DNA from: Candidatus Dormiibacterota bacterium | GTDB lineage: Bacteria > Chloroflexota > Dormibacteria > Aeolococcales > Aeolococcaceae | NCBI GenBank assembly: GCA_035938875.1 | Contig: DASZGL010000069.1 | Span: 13,056 to 77,055 of the forward strand | DNA length: 64,000 bases | Direction of reading: 5' to 3' | Notes under the pieces: model-generated | Database searches by the model: none | The model's input: the letters and a program-made list of their open reading frames with translations, nothing else | What the model was told of the DNA's origin: nothing | Program-made: the position numbers and the translations under genes | Shown here: piece after piece, positions 16,286 through 24,730 of the stretch | Position numbering within the stretch: position 1 is the first letter of the stretch | How the letters are laid out: each line of letters begins with the position of its first letter

Positions 16286-17184
16286 TGCTGCTCGCCGACC
16301 ATGACGATCTCCGGTTCGAGGTCGACCCCGAAGCGTTCGAAGACGGTGTCGTGGGCGACGCCGACCAGGGTGAGCACGTCGGCGGCGGTCGCCTTGTCGA
16401 CGTTGACGATGAAGTTGGCGTGCTTCGCCGAGATCTGCGCACCGCCGACTCTGCGCCCCTTGAGGCCCGCTGCCTCGACCAGCCGCCCCGCGTGATCGTC
16501 GGGGGGATTCTTGAAGACGCTGCCCAGGCTGCGGATCCCCCACGGCTGCGTCGCCTTGCGCTGGGCAGTGATCTCCTCGGTGCGAGCACGGACTCGCGCG
16601 GGATCGTCGCGGTGCACGGTGAAGCGCGCGGCGACCACGACGTGGTGAACGAGGTCGTCCTTGAACCGCGAGTGGCGATAGGCGAAGCCGCACTCCGCGG
16701 CGGCGAGGGTGTGGCGCTCACCGTCGGAGGCGAGGGTCTCGCACTCGACGAGGACGTCCTTGATCTCGGTGCCGAAGGCGCCGGCATTGCCGCGCACGCT
16801 GGCGCCGCAGGTGCCGGGAATGCCGATGCCGAACTCCATACCCGCGATCCCCCTGCGGGCGCAATCGAGCGCCGCACGGGGCATCATGTAGCCGCCGCTC
16901 AGCTCGACAACGTCATCGGCAAGAGCGCGCAGGCTGCGATCGGTGATCTTGACCACCAGGCCGCGCACGCCGCCGTCGAGCACCAATGTGTTGCTCCCCG
17001 CGCCGAGCACCGACACGGGAATGCCCGACTGGGCGCAGCGCGGCAGCAGCTGCTGCAGCGGCGCGGGATCGTCGAGGGCGAGGAACCAATCTGCGGGACC
17101 GCCGACGCCGTACTGCGTGTGCCGAGCCAGCCGCTCGTTGCGTTTCACCCCCGGCCAGGCGTCGAGCCAGTCAGACTGCGGCAC
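16282..17184 (-). CDS. murB: UDP-N-acetylenolpyruvoylglucosamine reductase
   Basis: Raw ORF 16282..17355 trimmed to the GTG at 17182-17184. FAD-binding and MurB motifs YGVGGPADWF, VLGAGSNTLV, GIPGTCGASVRGNAGAFG and GSVFKNP. Confidence 0.85.
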   Translation of the reverse strand: MPQSDWLDAWPGVKRNERLARHTQYGVGGPADWFLALDDPAPLQQLLPRCAQSGIPVSVLGAGSNTLVLDGGVRGLVVKITDRSLRALADDVVELSGGYMMPRAALDCARRGIAGMEFGIGIPGTCGASVRGNAGAFGTEIKDVLVECETLASDGERHTLAAAECGFAYRHSRFKDDLVHHVVVAARFTVHRDDPARVRARTEEITAQRKATQPWGIRSLGSVFKNPPDDHAGRLVEAAGLKGRRVGGAQISAKHANFIVNVDKATAADVLTLVGVAHDTVFERFGVDLEPEIVMVGEQQ

Positions 17185-18580
17185 GCCGTGCCTCCAGCGC
17201 GGCAAGCATCCGCTTGGCGAACTGGTCGAAGCCGCCAAGCGCGATGCAGAGGATGACGTCGCCGTCTTTCGCCATCGGCAGCAGCAGGTCGATCGCCGCC
17301 TCGGTGCTGCCGACGACACGCACCTCGCCGGTTGCCCGCGCGCGCTCGGCGACATCCTCGCTGCTCACCGTCGCCGGCAGATGTCGCTCGCGCGCCGCCT
17401 CGATGGGGCCGAGAACAACGAGATCCGCCCCCTCGAAGACACGCCGGTAGTCCTCGAGGAACTCCCTGGTCCGCGAGTAGGTGTGGGGGATGTTGACGAC
17501 GATGAGTCGCGACGATGGAAACCGCGCGCGCGCGGCGCGAACCGTGACGGCGACCTCGGTCGGGTGGTGGCCGTAGTCGTCGACGACGGTCACGCCGTCG
17601 ACGCTGCCGACGATCTCGAAGCGACGCGACGCCCCCTTGAACGTGCGGCACGCCTCGAGGCAGGCGTCGAGCGACGCGCCGGCGAATCGCGCCAGCGCCA
17701 GCGCGGCGACAGCGTTCTGCATGTTGTGGATTCCCGGCACGCTGAGCTCCACCGCAAACGCCTCGCCGCCGGAAGGCCGCACGCTGAAACGCTGGGCGGC
17801 GACATCGACGTCGCCGATGAGCCATTGCGACTGTGGCCCGATCCCGTACGTCTGCACCGGGCACGACGCGTGGCCGCGCAGCGCGAGGGACTCGGCCTCA
17901 TCGGCGAAGAGCACCAGCAGGCCGTCACGCGGCATCGTCGACGCCAGTTGGGCGAACGGCGCGCGGTAGGACTCCATCGTCGGGTACACGTCGGGGTGAT
18001 CGTGTTCCAACCGGGTGACGCACGCCGCCAGCGGATGCGCGTGGAGAAACTTGGGTCGCGAGTCCCACGGCGCCGTGGTGTACTCGTCACCCTCGATGAC
18101 GAACGGGCTGCCCTCACCGAGCCGGGCACTGACACCGAAGTCGCGCGACGTCGCCCCCAGGCGGAATCCGGGCGACATCCCCGCGTGATCGAGCATCAGG
18201 GCGAGCAGCGCCGATGTCGTCGTCTTGCCGTGGGTGCCGCACACGGCGATGCGCATGCGATCGCGGGTCAGCTCCGCGTAGAACTCCGCCTCGCTGGTGA
18301 TCGGCAATCCGCGCTCGACCGCCGCGGCCCACTCCGGATTCCCCTGGCGCACCTGGTTGCCGACGACCACGAGGTCCGGCAGGCCGAAGCGGTCGAGGTT
18401 GGCCGGCGTGTGCTCGTTGACCCAGGGGATGCCGGCGGCGTCGAGGATGTCGGTCGTCGGCGGATAGGCGAACTCGTCGGAGCCGCTCACCGCGTAGCCC
18501 AGCTGCTTGGCGAGCAGCGCCGCGCCGCTCACCGCGTAGCCGCAGATGCCGAGGAAGTGGACGTGGCGGGGATGGTTCAC
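17171..18580 (-). CDS. murC: Mur ligase in the murC position (UDP-N-acetylmuramate--L-alanine ligase, MurC/Mpl family, Mpl-like in sequence)
   Basis: HFLGICGYAVSGAA, GTHGKTTT and DDYGHHPTEV. The N-terminal and central motifs (SDEFAYPP, VGNQVRQGNPE, EGDEYTTAPWDSRPKFLH, LEHDHPDVY) match what I remember of E. coli Mpl better than E. coli MurC. The gene symbol is given by synteny. Confidence 0.8.
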   Translation of the reverse strand: MNHPRHVHFLGICGYAVSGAALLAKQLGYAVSGSDEFAYPPTTDILDAAGIPWVNEHTPANLDRFGLPDLVVVGNQVRQGNPEWAAAVERGLPITSEAEFYAELTRDRMRIAVCGTHGKTTTSALLALMLDHAGMSPGFRLGATSRDFGVSARLGEGSPFVIEGDEYTTAPWDSRPKFLHAHPLAACVTRLEHDHPDVYPTMESYRAPFAQLASTMPRDGLLVLFADEAESLALRGHASCPVQTYGIGPQSQWLIGDVDVAAQRFSVRPSGGEAFAVELSVPGIHNMQNAVAALALARFAGASLDACLEACRTFKGASRRFEIVGSVDGVTVVDDYGHHPTEVAVTVRAARARFPSSRLIVVNIPHTYSRTREFLEDYRRVFEGADLVVLGPIEAARERHLPATVSSEDVAERARATGEVRVVGSTEAAIDLLLPMAKDGDVILCIALGGFDQFAKRMLAALEARRAAV

Positions 18581-19689
18581 GCCGCTGCGCCGTGGCCGCG
18601 ACGATGCTCGGCGAGGACGTCGTGGAGCAGGGCGATGACCCGATCGGTGGCATCGGGGACGCCACTGCGCACGCTGGCGTCAGACATCGCACGCCATCGC
18701 GCTTCGTCGTGCAGTAGCCGCTCGACCTCCTCGCGAAGCCGCACCGCCGACAGTTCCTCGTCGGGCACCACCATCGCGGCGCCGGCCTCGACATACGCGG
18801 ACGCGTTCGCGTTCTGATGCGCACCCGCGTAGGGATACGGCACCAGGATCATCGCTCGGCCGAGGACACTGACCTCGGCGAGTGACGAGCCTCCGGCGCG
18901 CATCAGCACCAGGTCGGCGTCGCGGATGCGCTCGGCGATGTCGTCGAACCACGCGGCGACGGTGTAGCGCTCGCGGATCTCTTCGGGGAGGCCGGCGCGC
19001 ACGGGGATCGACCAATCGGCGTCCCGGGTCCCGCAGCTGTGAGTGACCACGAGCTCGGGGTTGGCCTCGAGAAGGTGATGGATGCCGCCGGCGACGGCAT
19101 CGTTGATCCGCCGGGCACCCTGCGACCCGCCCATGATGAGCAGGTGCCCGCATCGCTCGCGTCGCGGCGCGGGCAGCGCGGCGATGACCTCGGGGCGCAC
19201 CGGGTTGCCCGTGTGCACCACGCGTGCGCCCGGCAACAGCTGCTTGGTCCCGGCGAACGACACCGCCACCGCCTGGGAGCGCTTCGCCAATCTACGCACG
19301 GCGCGTCCCGGCAGCGCGTTCTGCTCCATCAGCACCACGGGGACGCGCTGTGATCGTGCCGCCAGCACCACAGGGACGCAGACGTAGCCGGCGGCGCCGA
19401 CGACGATGTCCGGCGCGAATCGGTGGATGATGCGCCGCGCCCGCGCCACCGCACGCGGTAGTCGCAGCATCGCACCGACCATGCCCAGCGGTCGCGTGGT
19501 GTCGATGCCGCGGACGTCGAGGGTCTCGAGGTCCAAGCCCGCCGCGGGAACCAGCGTCTCCTCGATGCCGCCGCGACGGCCCACGAGCAGCACCGCCGCC
19601 GCCGCGTCAGACTCGCGAAGGGCTTGGGCGACGGCCATCGCGGGGGTCAGGTGGCCGCCCGTCCCCCCGCCAGCGATCAACGTGCGCAC
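18577..19689 (-). CDS. murG: UDP-N-acetylglucosamine--N-acetylmuramyl-(pentapeptide) pyrophosphoryl-undecaprenol GlcNAc transferase
   Basis: Raw ORF trimmed to the GTG at 19687-19689, giving (M)RTLIAGGGTGGHLTPAMAVAQAL, the MurG G-loop. C-terminal MRAGGSSLAEV and NALP motifs. Confidence 0.85.
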   Translation of the reverse strand: MRTLIAGGGTGGHLTPAMAVAQALRESDAAAAVLLVGRRGGIEETLVPAAGLDLETLDVRGIDTTRPLGMVGAMLRLPRAVARARRIIHRFAPDIVVGAAGYVCVPVVLAARSQRVPVVLMEQNALPGRAVRRLAKRSQAVAVSFAGTKQLLPGARVVHTGNPVRPEVIAALPAPRRERCGHLLIMGGSQGARRINDAVAGGIHHLLEANPELVVTHSCGTRDADWSIPVRAGLPEEIRERYTVAAWFDDIAERIRDADLVLMRAGGSSLAEVSVLGRAMILVPYPYAGAHQNANASAYVEAGAAMVVPDEELSAVRLREEVERLLHDEARWRAMSDASVRSGVPDATDRVIALLHDVLAEHRRGHGAAA

Positions 19690-20944
19690 GTCGAGCCTCT
19701 CCCTGGCGGCGCCCCTGCGCTGAGATGTTGCACAGCACGCCGACGGCGAGCAGCGACATGAACAGCGACGAGCCACCGTAACTGATGAACGGCAGGGTGA
19801 TCCCGGTGGTGGGGATGACACCGGTCACCGCGCCGATGTTGACGAACGCCTGGATGGAGATCCACGCGGTGATGCCGCCGGCGAGCACCGAGCCGAAACG
19901 ATCGGGAGCGCGCAGCGAGGTGCGCACACCGCGCCAGGCGAACATCAGGTAGCCGCCGATCACCACGAGACCGCCGATGAGCCCGAGCTCCTCGCCGATG
20001 ATGGCGAAGATGAAGTCGGAGTGGGCTTCGGGCAGCCACTGGTACTTCTGGATGCTGTTGCCCAATCCCACACCGGTGAAACCGCCGCTGCCCAGCGCGA
20101 TGAGCGACTGCACCGACTGGAAGCCGGCGTTGAGGGGGTCGGCGAAGGGATCACGGAACGACGACAGCCGGTTGGCGCGGTACGCCTCCATGGTCACCGC
20201 CAGGTAGCCGAGGGCGACGAGCACACCGAGCACGAACACCACGTGATGGATGCGGGCGCCGCTCAATGCCAGAAGGGCGACGCCGATGCACGCGAGGATG
20301 ATCGCACTGCCCAGGTCGCGCTCGAGCACGATGAGGATGAGCAGGGCGCCGAGCAAGAAGCCGAACTGCCAGACCACGGCGAAGCGCCGCAGCACCGGTC
20401 CCCTGTCGACCAGCCAGCGGCTGAACCAGACGATGGCCACCAGCGTCGCCACCGCCGACGGCTGCACCGACAGCGGCCCCACCGCGAACCAGCGTCGCGC
20501 GCCGAGCTTCTCGGTGCCGATGTGCGGCACGAGCACCGCGATCAACAGCACCACCGTGGCGATCGCCAACGGCCGCGAGAAGCGGTGCCACTTGTGATAG
20601 TCGAGGTTGGTGGCCACAAACCAGGCGACAACTCCGCCGACCAGCCACACCAGCTGGTGCTCGAAGAAGTAGTTGGGATTGCCGAACCAGGCGTAGCCGA
20701 GCGCCTCCGACGCGCTGTAGACCATGACCAGCCCGAATGCGCAGAGCCCGACGAGCGTTGCCATCAGCCAGCCGTCGACGCGGCTCAGCGTGCTCGCCGT
20801 CTCGCGGGCGCTCAGCCAGGCGAGCCCGCGGGTGCGCGACGGCCGGAACTCGTCGACCGTCGCCTCCTGCACCTGGGTGCGACGGTCGCGGCGCGACAGC
20901 GTGCGCGGCGCGGTTCCGCCGAGCGTCCTCGTCCGCGTCGCCAT
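19607..20944 (-). CDS. ftsW: SEDS-family peptidoglycan glycosyltransferase FtsW
   Basis: 10-TM SEDS pattern with SEALGYAWFG, LPEAHSDFIFAIIGEELGLIG and LPFISYGGSS. The ATG overlaps the murD stop (TGATG). Confidence 0.9.
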   Translation of the reverse strand: MATRTRTLGGTAPRTLSRRDRRTQVQEATVDEFRPSRTRGLAWLSARETASTLSRVDGWLMATLVGLCAFGLVMVYSASEALGYAWFGNPNYFFEHQLVWLVGGVVAWFVATNLDYHKWHRFSRPLAIATVVLLIAVLVPHIGTEKLGARRWFAVGPLSVQPSAVATLVAIVWFSRWLVDRGPVLRRFAVVWQFGFLLGALLILIVLERDLGSAIILACIGVALLALSGARIHHVVFVLGVLVALGYLAVTMEAYRANRLSSFRDPFADPLNAGFQSVQSLIALGSGGFTGVGLGNSIQKYQWLPEAHSDFIFAIIGEELGLIGGLVVIGGYLMFAWRGVRTSLRAPDRFGSVLAGGITAWISIQAFVNIGAVTGVIPTTGITLPFISYGGSSLFMSLLAVGVLCNISAQGRRQGEARRAHVDRWRGDGRPPDPRDGRRPSPSRV

Positions 20945-22338
20945 CAGCGCGCCACTCCGTCGACGGTCGCCGGTTGTGGGTCGGTGACACCGTGCAGCTC
21001 GCGCACGAGCGCAGCGAAGACGGTACCCCGCTCCTCGAAGCTGGCGAACTGATCGAAACTGGTGTACCCGGGAGACAGCAGCACGACGTCGCCGGGTCGC
21101 GCGATCTCCTTCGCCACGCTGACTGCGCCCTGCAGCGTGGGCACCAGCGTGCGCGCCGAGTACCCGCGCGCCGCGAGCGCCGCATCGAGCTCGGCACCGG
21201 TGGCGCCACAGACGATGGCGTGGCGTGCGCGCTGGACCACCTCGTCGACCAGAGCCTCGGGTCCGACGCCCTTGCGTCCGCCGCCGCCGATCCAGACGAT
21301 GGCACGGTCGCCGAAGGCGCGCAGCCCGACGATCGCCGACTCGGCGTTGGTCGCCTTGCTGTCGTTGATCCAGAGCACACCGTCGCGATCGAGCACAGGC
21401 TGCAGGCGGTGGTCGACCGCGTGGAAGTCGCGCACCGCGCGAGCGATCACCGCGAACGGGGTGTCGGCGGCGCGGGCCATGGCCACCGCGGCGAGGACGT
21501 TGCTGACGTTGTGGGCGCCGAACAGGGGGATGTCGGCGACGGCCATCACCGATCGCGGCTGTCCGTCCTCGATGGAGACGACGCGATCGTCGAGCACCGT
21601 GGCACCGTGAACATCGACCAGTCCCTCACCGAAGAGGCGCACCGGTGCCGGCGACGCCAGCGCCATGCCGCGCGTAATGGGATCGTCGGCGTTGAGCACC
21701 ACCGCGCCGTCGGGGTCGGCGAAGTCGACGATGCGCTGCTTGGCGGAGATGTAGCGGGCCATGTCGCCGTGGCGGTCGAGATGGTCGGGAGTGACGTTGA
21801 GCACCGTCGCCAGCCGGCACCGCGGACGGGTGATCGACTCCAGCTGGAACGACGAGAGCTCGAGCACCAGCCAGTCGCCGTCGCGGATCGAGTCGAGCCG
21901 GTCGAGCACGGTGTCGCCGATGTTGCCGCCCACGTGAACACCGCCTCCGGCAGCAGCGAGGATGGCGCCGACCAGCGACGTCGTCGTCGTCTTGCCATTG
22001 GTCCCGGTGACCCCGGCGATGTGGGCGCGGCAGCGCTCGAAGACGAGGTCCATCTCGCTGCGCACCGGGACGCCGTGAGCGCGTGCGGTCTCCAACACCG
22101 GCGCGTCCCAGCGCACCCCTGGGCTGGGACACACCATCGCCGCGCCGACGGCGACATCATCGGCGTAGCCACCGAGGACGACCTCGACCGACGGCGGCAG
22201 CTCGGCGGCGAGCGCGCGCAGCTTGCCGTCATCCCCCTGGTCGACGACGAGCACCGCGCAGCCCTCAGCGTCGAGGACTCGCGCGCAGGCGAGGCCGCTG
22301 CGCCCCAGGCCGATGACCACAGCGCGCTGGCGACTCAT
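20944..22338 (-). CDS. murD: UDP-N-acetylmuramoylalanine--D-glutamate ligase
   Basis: Raw ORF 20944..23268 trimmed to the ATG at 22336-22338 (MSRQRAVVIGLGRSGLA...), which overlaps the mraY stop (ATGA). GVTGTNGKTTTT and NDSKATN. Confidence 0.9.
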   Translation of the reverse strand: MSRQRAVVIGLGRSGLACARVLDAEGCAVLVVDQGDDGKLRALAAELPPSVEVVLGGYADDVAVGAAMVCPSPGVRWDAPVLETARAHGVPVRSEMDLVFERCRAHIAGVTGTNGKTTTTSLVGAILAAAGGGVHVGGNIGDTVLDRLDSIRDGDWLVLELSSFQLESITRPRCRLATVLNVTPDHLDRHGDMARYISAKQRIVDFADPDGAVVLNADDPITRGMALASPAPVRLFGEGLVDVHGATVLDDRVVSIEDGQPRSVMAVADIPLFGAHNVSNVLAAVAMARAADTPFAVIARAVRDFHAVDHRLQPVLDRDGVLWINDSKATNAESAIVGLRAFGDRAIVWIGGGGRKGVGPEALVDEVVQRARHAIVCGATGAELDAALAARGYSARTLVPTLQGAVSVAKEIARPGDVVLLSPGYTSFDQFASFEERGTVFAALVRELHGVTDPQPATVDGVAR

Positions 22339-23297
22339 GCGGCGCCGATCCCCGCCTTCAGCGCCGCCAGGGCGCAGAGAAACGCTCCGGCGGCGGCAGC
22401 CAGGGCGAAGCGCACCACCAGGCGCTGCTCGCGGAGTCCCAGCTCCTCGAAGTGATGATGCAGCGGGCTGGCGCGGAAGATGCGCACGTGGTAGCGCTTG
22501 ATCGCGGTGACGTTGATGGCGACGCTGAGGATCTCGACGACGAAGACAATGCCGAGCAGCGGCATCAGCCAGAGCAGGCGCAGCTCCGCGGCCAGTATCG
22601 TCAGGGCACAGCCGAGAGCGAGCGATCCGGTGTCGCCCATGAAGACTCGCGCCGGCCACCAGTTGTAGGCGAGAAAGGCGACAACGCCGCCGCACAGCGC
22701 GCCGCTGAGAATCGCGGCGGGACGGTTGCCCACGTGCCAGGCGAGCGCCCACGTCGCCGCGAGAACAAAGACGCTGCAGGACGCGGCCAGGCCGTCGACG
22801 CCGTCGGTGAGGTTGACGGCGTTGCTGGCGGCGACGACCGCGATGATGGTGAGCACCACCACGCCCCAGTGCATGTCCACGGTGCCGAACCCGGGAATGA
22901 GCTGGCGGGTCAGTGACGACTTGTCGAGCCCGATGCCGAGGAGCAATCCGATGAGCGACTGCAGCCCGAGCTTCTGCCAGGCGATCAGCCCCAGCGAGCC
23001 GCGCCCGCGAACGTTGGCGAAGTCGTCGAGGATGCCGAGCGAGGCGCCGGCGACAACCGCGAAGGCGACGAGGAAGCCGCCGCGGCTGCGGTCGAAGAGG
23101 ATCCAGGCGGCGATGGCGAGGACACAGAAGAGGACGCCGCCCATCGTCGGCGTTCCCGCCTTGATGCGATGGGTTGACGGGTTGTACTGCGAGACACGCT
23201 GCCCCGCGCCGGCGCGCGCCAGCCGGCCGATGAGCGCCGGGTAGAAAGCGATGCCGACGACCAGGCACACCGCGAACGCGCCCACCGAGCGGTTCAT
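22335..23297 (-). CDS. mraY: phospho-N-acetylmuramoyl-pentapeptide transferase
   Basis: GTPTMGG, ILDDFANV, NAVNLTDGVDGLA, FMGDTGSLALG and PLHHHFE. Confidence 0.9.
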   Translation of the reverse strand: MNRSVGAFAVCLVVGIAFYPALIGRLARAGAGQRVSQYNPSTHRIKAGTPTMGGVLFCVLAIAAWILFDRSRGGFLVAFAVVAGASLGILDDFANVRGRGSLGLIAWQKLGLQSLIGLLLGIGLDKSSLTRQLIPGFGTVDMHWGVVVLTIIAVVAASNAVNLTDGVDGLAASCSVFVLAATWALAWHVGNRPAAILSGALCGGVVAFLAYNWWPARVFMGDTGSLALGCALTILAAELRLLWLMPLLGIVFVVEILSVAINVTAIKRYHVRIFRASPLHHHFEELGLREQRLVVRFALAAAAGAFLCALAALKAGIGAA

Positions 23298-24730
23298 GCT
23301 CGCAACCTCTCGACGATGCGCTCCAGGTGCAGCCCGTGGCTCGCCTTGACCAGCACTGCGGTGTCGGGCGCGCAGAGCTCGAGCGCCCGCTCGGTGGCGT
23401 CGTCGATGTCGGCGGCGACGTTCACCGAGCCCGGCGGCATCCCTGCGGCGACGGCTGCATCTGCCATGTCGCGCGCATATTCGCCGATGGCGACCAGGTG
23501 GGTGGCGGAGCGCGCGATGCGCTGCCCCGCCTCGCGGTGCTCCGCCGGCGCGTGGTCACCGAGCTCGAGCATGTCGCCGATCACCGCGATGCGGCGGGGC
23601 ATGCCGCTTGTCGCCAGGACGTCAAGCGCGGCCCGCAGGGAGGCGGGGCTGCTGTTGTAGGAGTCGTCGTAGATCACTGCGCCGTGGGCGCCGGCGAGGA
23701 GGGCGCCGCGCTGCTCAGGAGCCGCCGCGTCGCCGAGCCGCTCTGCCACCTCGGCGACGCCGACACCGAACTGCGCCGCCACCGCCGCGGCGGCGCAGGC
23801 GTCGAGCACGGCGTGCTCGCCCAGGGTGCGCAGCCGGAGCTGTGCGCTGCCGTCAGGTCCGTGCAGCACACAGCGTGTGCCGCGAAGCCCGTCGATCTCG
23901 ATGTCACTCGCACGGAACAGCGCGTCGGGGTGACGCAGCCCGAACCATTCCACCGGCGCGGGGCTGCGCAATGCAATGTCACGCACCCTCGAGTCCTCGG
24001 CGTTGCACACCGCGACACCGCCGGCGTCGAGCGACTCGATCAGCTCCGCCTTGGCCGCGGCGATGGCGTTGATGGAGCCCAACAGCCCGACGTGCGCGAG
24101 TCCGATGTTGAGCAGCACGCCGACGCGGGGACGGAGCATCTCCGCCAGCGTGCGGATCTCGCCCGGCGCCGACATGGCGACCTCGGCGACGAAGTGATCG
24201 ACCGGCGGCTCCATGCGCAGCACGCTGAGCGGAATCCCCGTCCACGTGTTGAGGTTGCCTGGCGTCTTTGCGACACGCAGTCGCGACATCGCCGCGGCGC
24301 ACATCTCCTTGACCGTCGTCTTGCCCGCGCTGCCGGTGATGGCCACGACGTCGCAACCCAGCTCGATGAGCCGTCGCGTGCACGCAGCACGCAGCGCCGT
24401 CGCGGTGTCATCCACGCGCAGCGTCAGCACATCCGCGGTGTCGTCGGGCGCACCGAAATCCCCACGCACCACAACCAACGAAGCCCCCCGTGACAAAGCA
24501 TCCGCAACGTACGAATGCCCGTCCTCGCGCTCCCCAGCCACGGCGACGAACGACCCACCGGGCACCACCTCGCGCGAGTCGGTGGTGATGTCGCGCAGCG
24601 CTGCGCTGCGGTCGCCGCGACCCTCGAGAGTCCCGCCGAAGAGGCGGGCGAGGTCGGAGGCGGAGGAGAGCATCGCGGCCATGGTAGCGGTGTGGGAACC
24701 CGCCATCGGTGGAGAGGCCGCGATGCTCAC
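23294..24730 (-). CDS. murF: UDP-N-acetylmuramoyl-tripeptide--D-alanyl-D-alanine ligase
   Basis: ITGSAGKTTVKEM and the MurF-specific DDSYNSSPASLRAAL. The GTG start overlaps the ftsI stop (GTGA). It is not MurE, because the DYAHTPDAL-type motif is absent. Confidence 0.9.
   Translation of the reverse strand: MSIAASPPMAGSHTATMAAMLSSASDLARLFGGTLEGRGDRSAALRDITTDSREVVPGGSFVAVAGEREDGHSYVADALSRGASLVVVRGDFGAPDDTADVLTLRVDDTATALRAACTRRLIELGCDVVAITGSAGKTTVKEMCAAAMSRLRVAKTPGNLNTWTGIPLSVLRMEPPVDHFVAEVAMSAPGEIRTLAEMLRPRVGVLLNIGLAHVGLLGSINAIAAAKAELIESLDAGGVAVCNAEDSRVRDIALRSPAPVEWFGLRHPDALFRASDIEIDGLRGTRCVLHGPDGSAQLRLRTLGEHAVLDACAAAAVAAQFGVGVAEVAERLGDAAAPEQRGALLAGAHGAVIYDDSYNSSPASLRAALDVLATSGMPRRIAVIGDMLELGDHAPAEHREAGQRIARSATHLVAIGEYARDMADAAVAAGMPPGSVNVAADIDDATERALELCAPDTAVLVKASHGLHLERIVERLRA

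Noticed and set aside
16943-22455. Long plus-strand ORFs across the dcw cluster, for example 16943..18817 (624 aa) and 20737..22455 (572 aa).
   Set aside because: They lie antisense to unmistakable murC, murB, murD and ftsW frames. Their products are Arg/Asp/Gly-rich without motifs. They are a GC-driven lack of stop codons.
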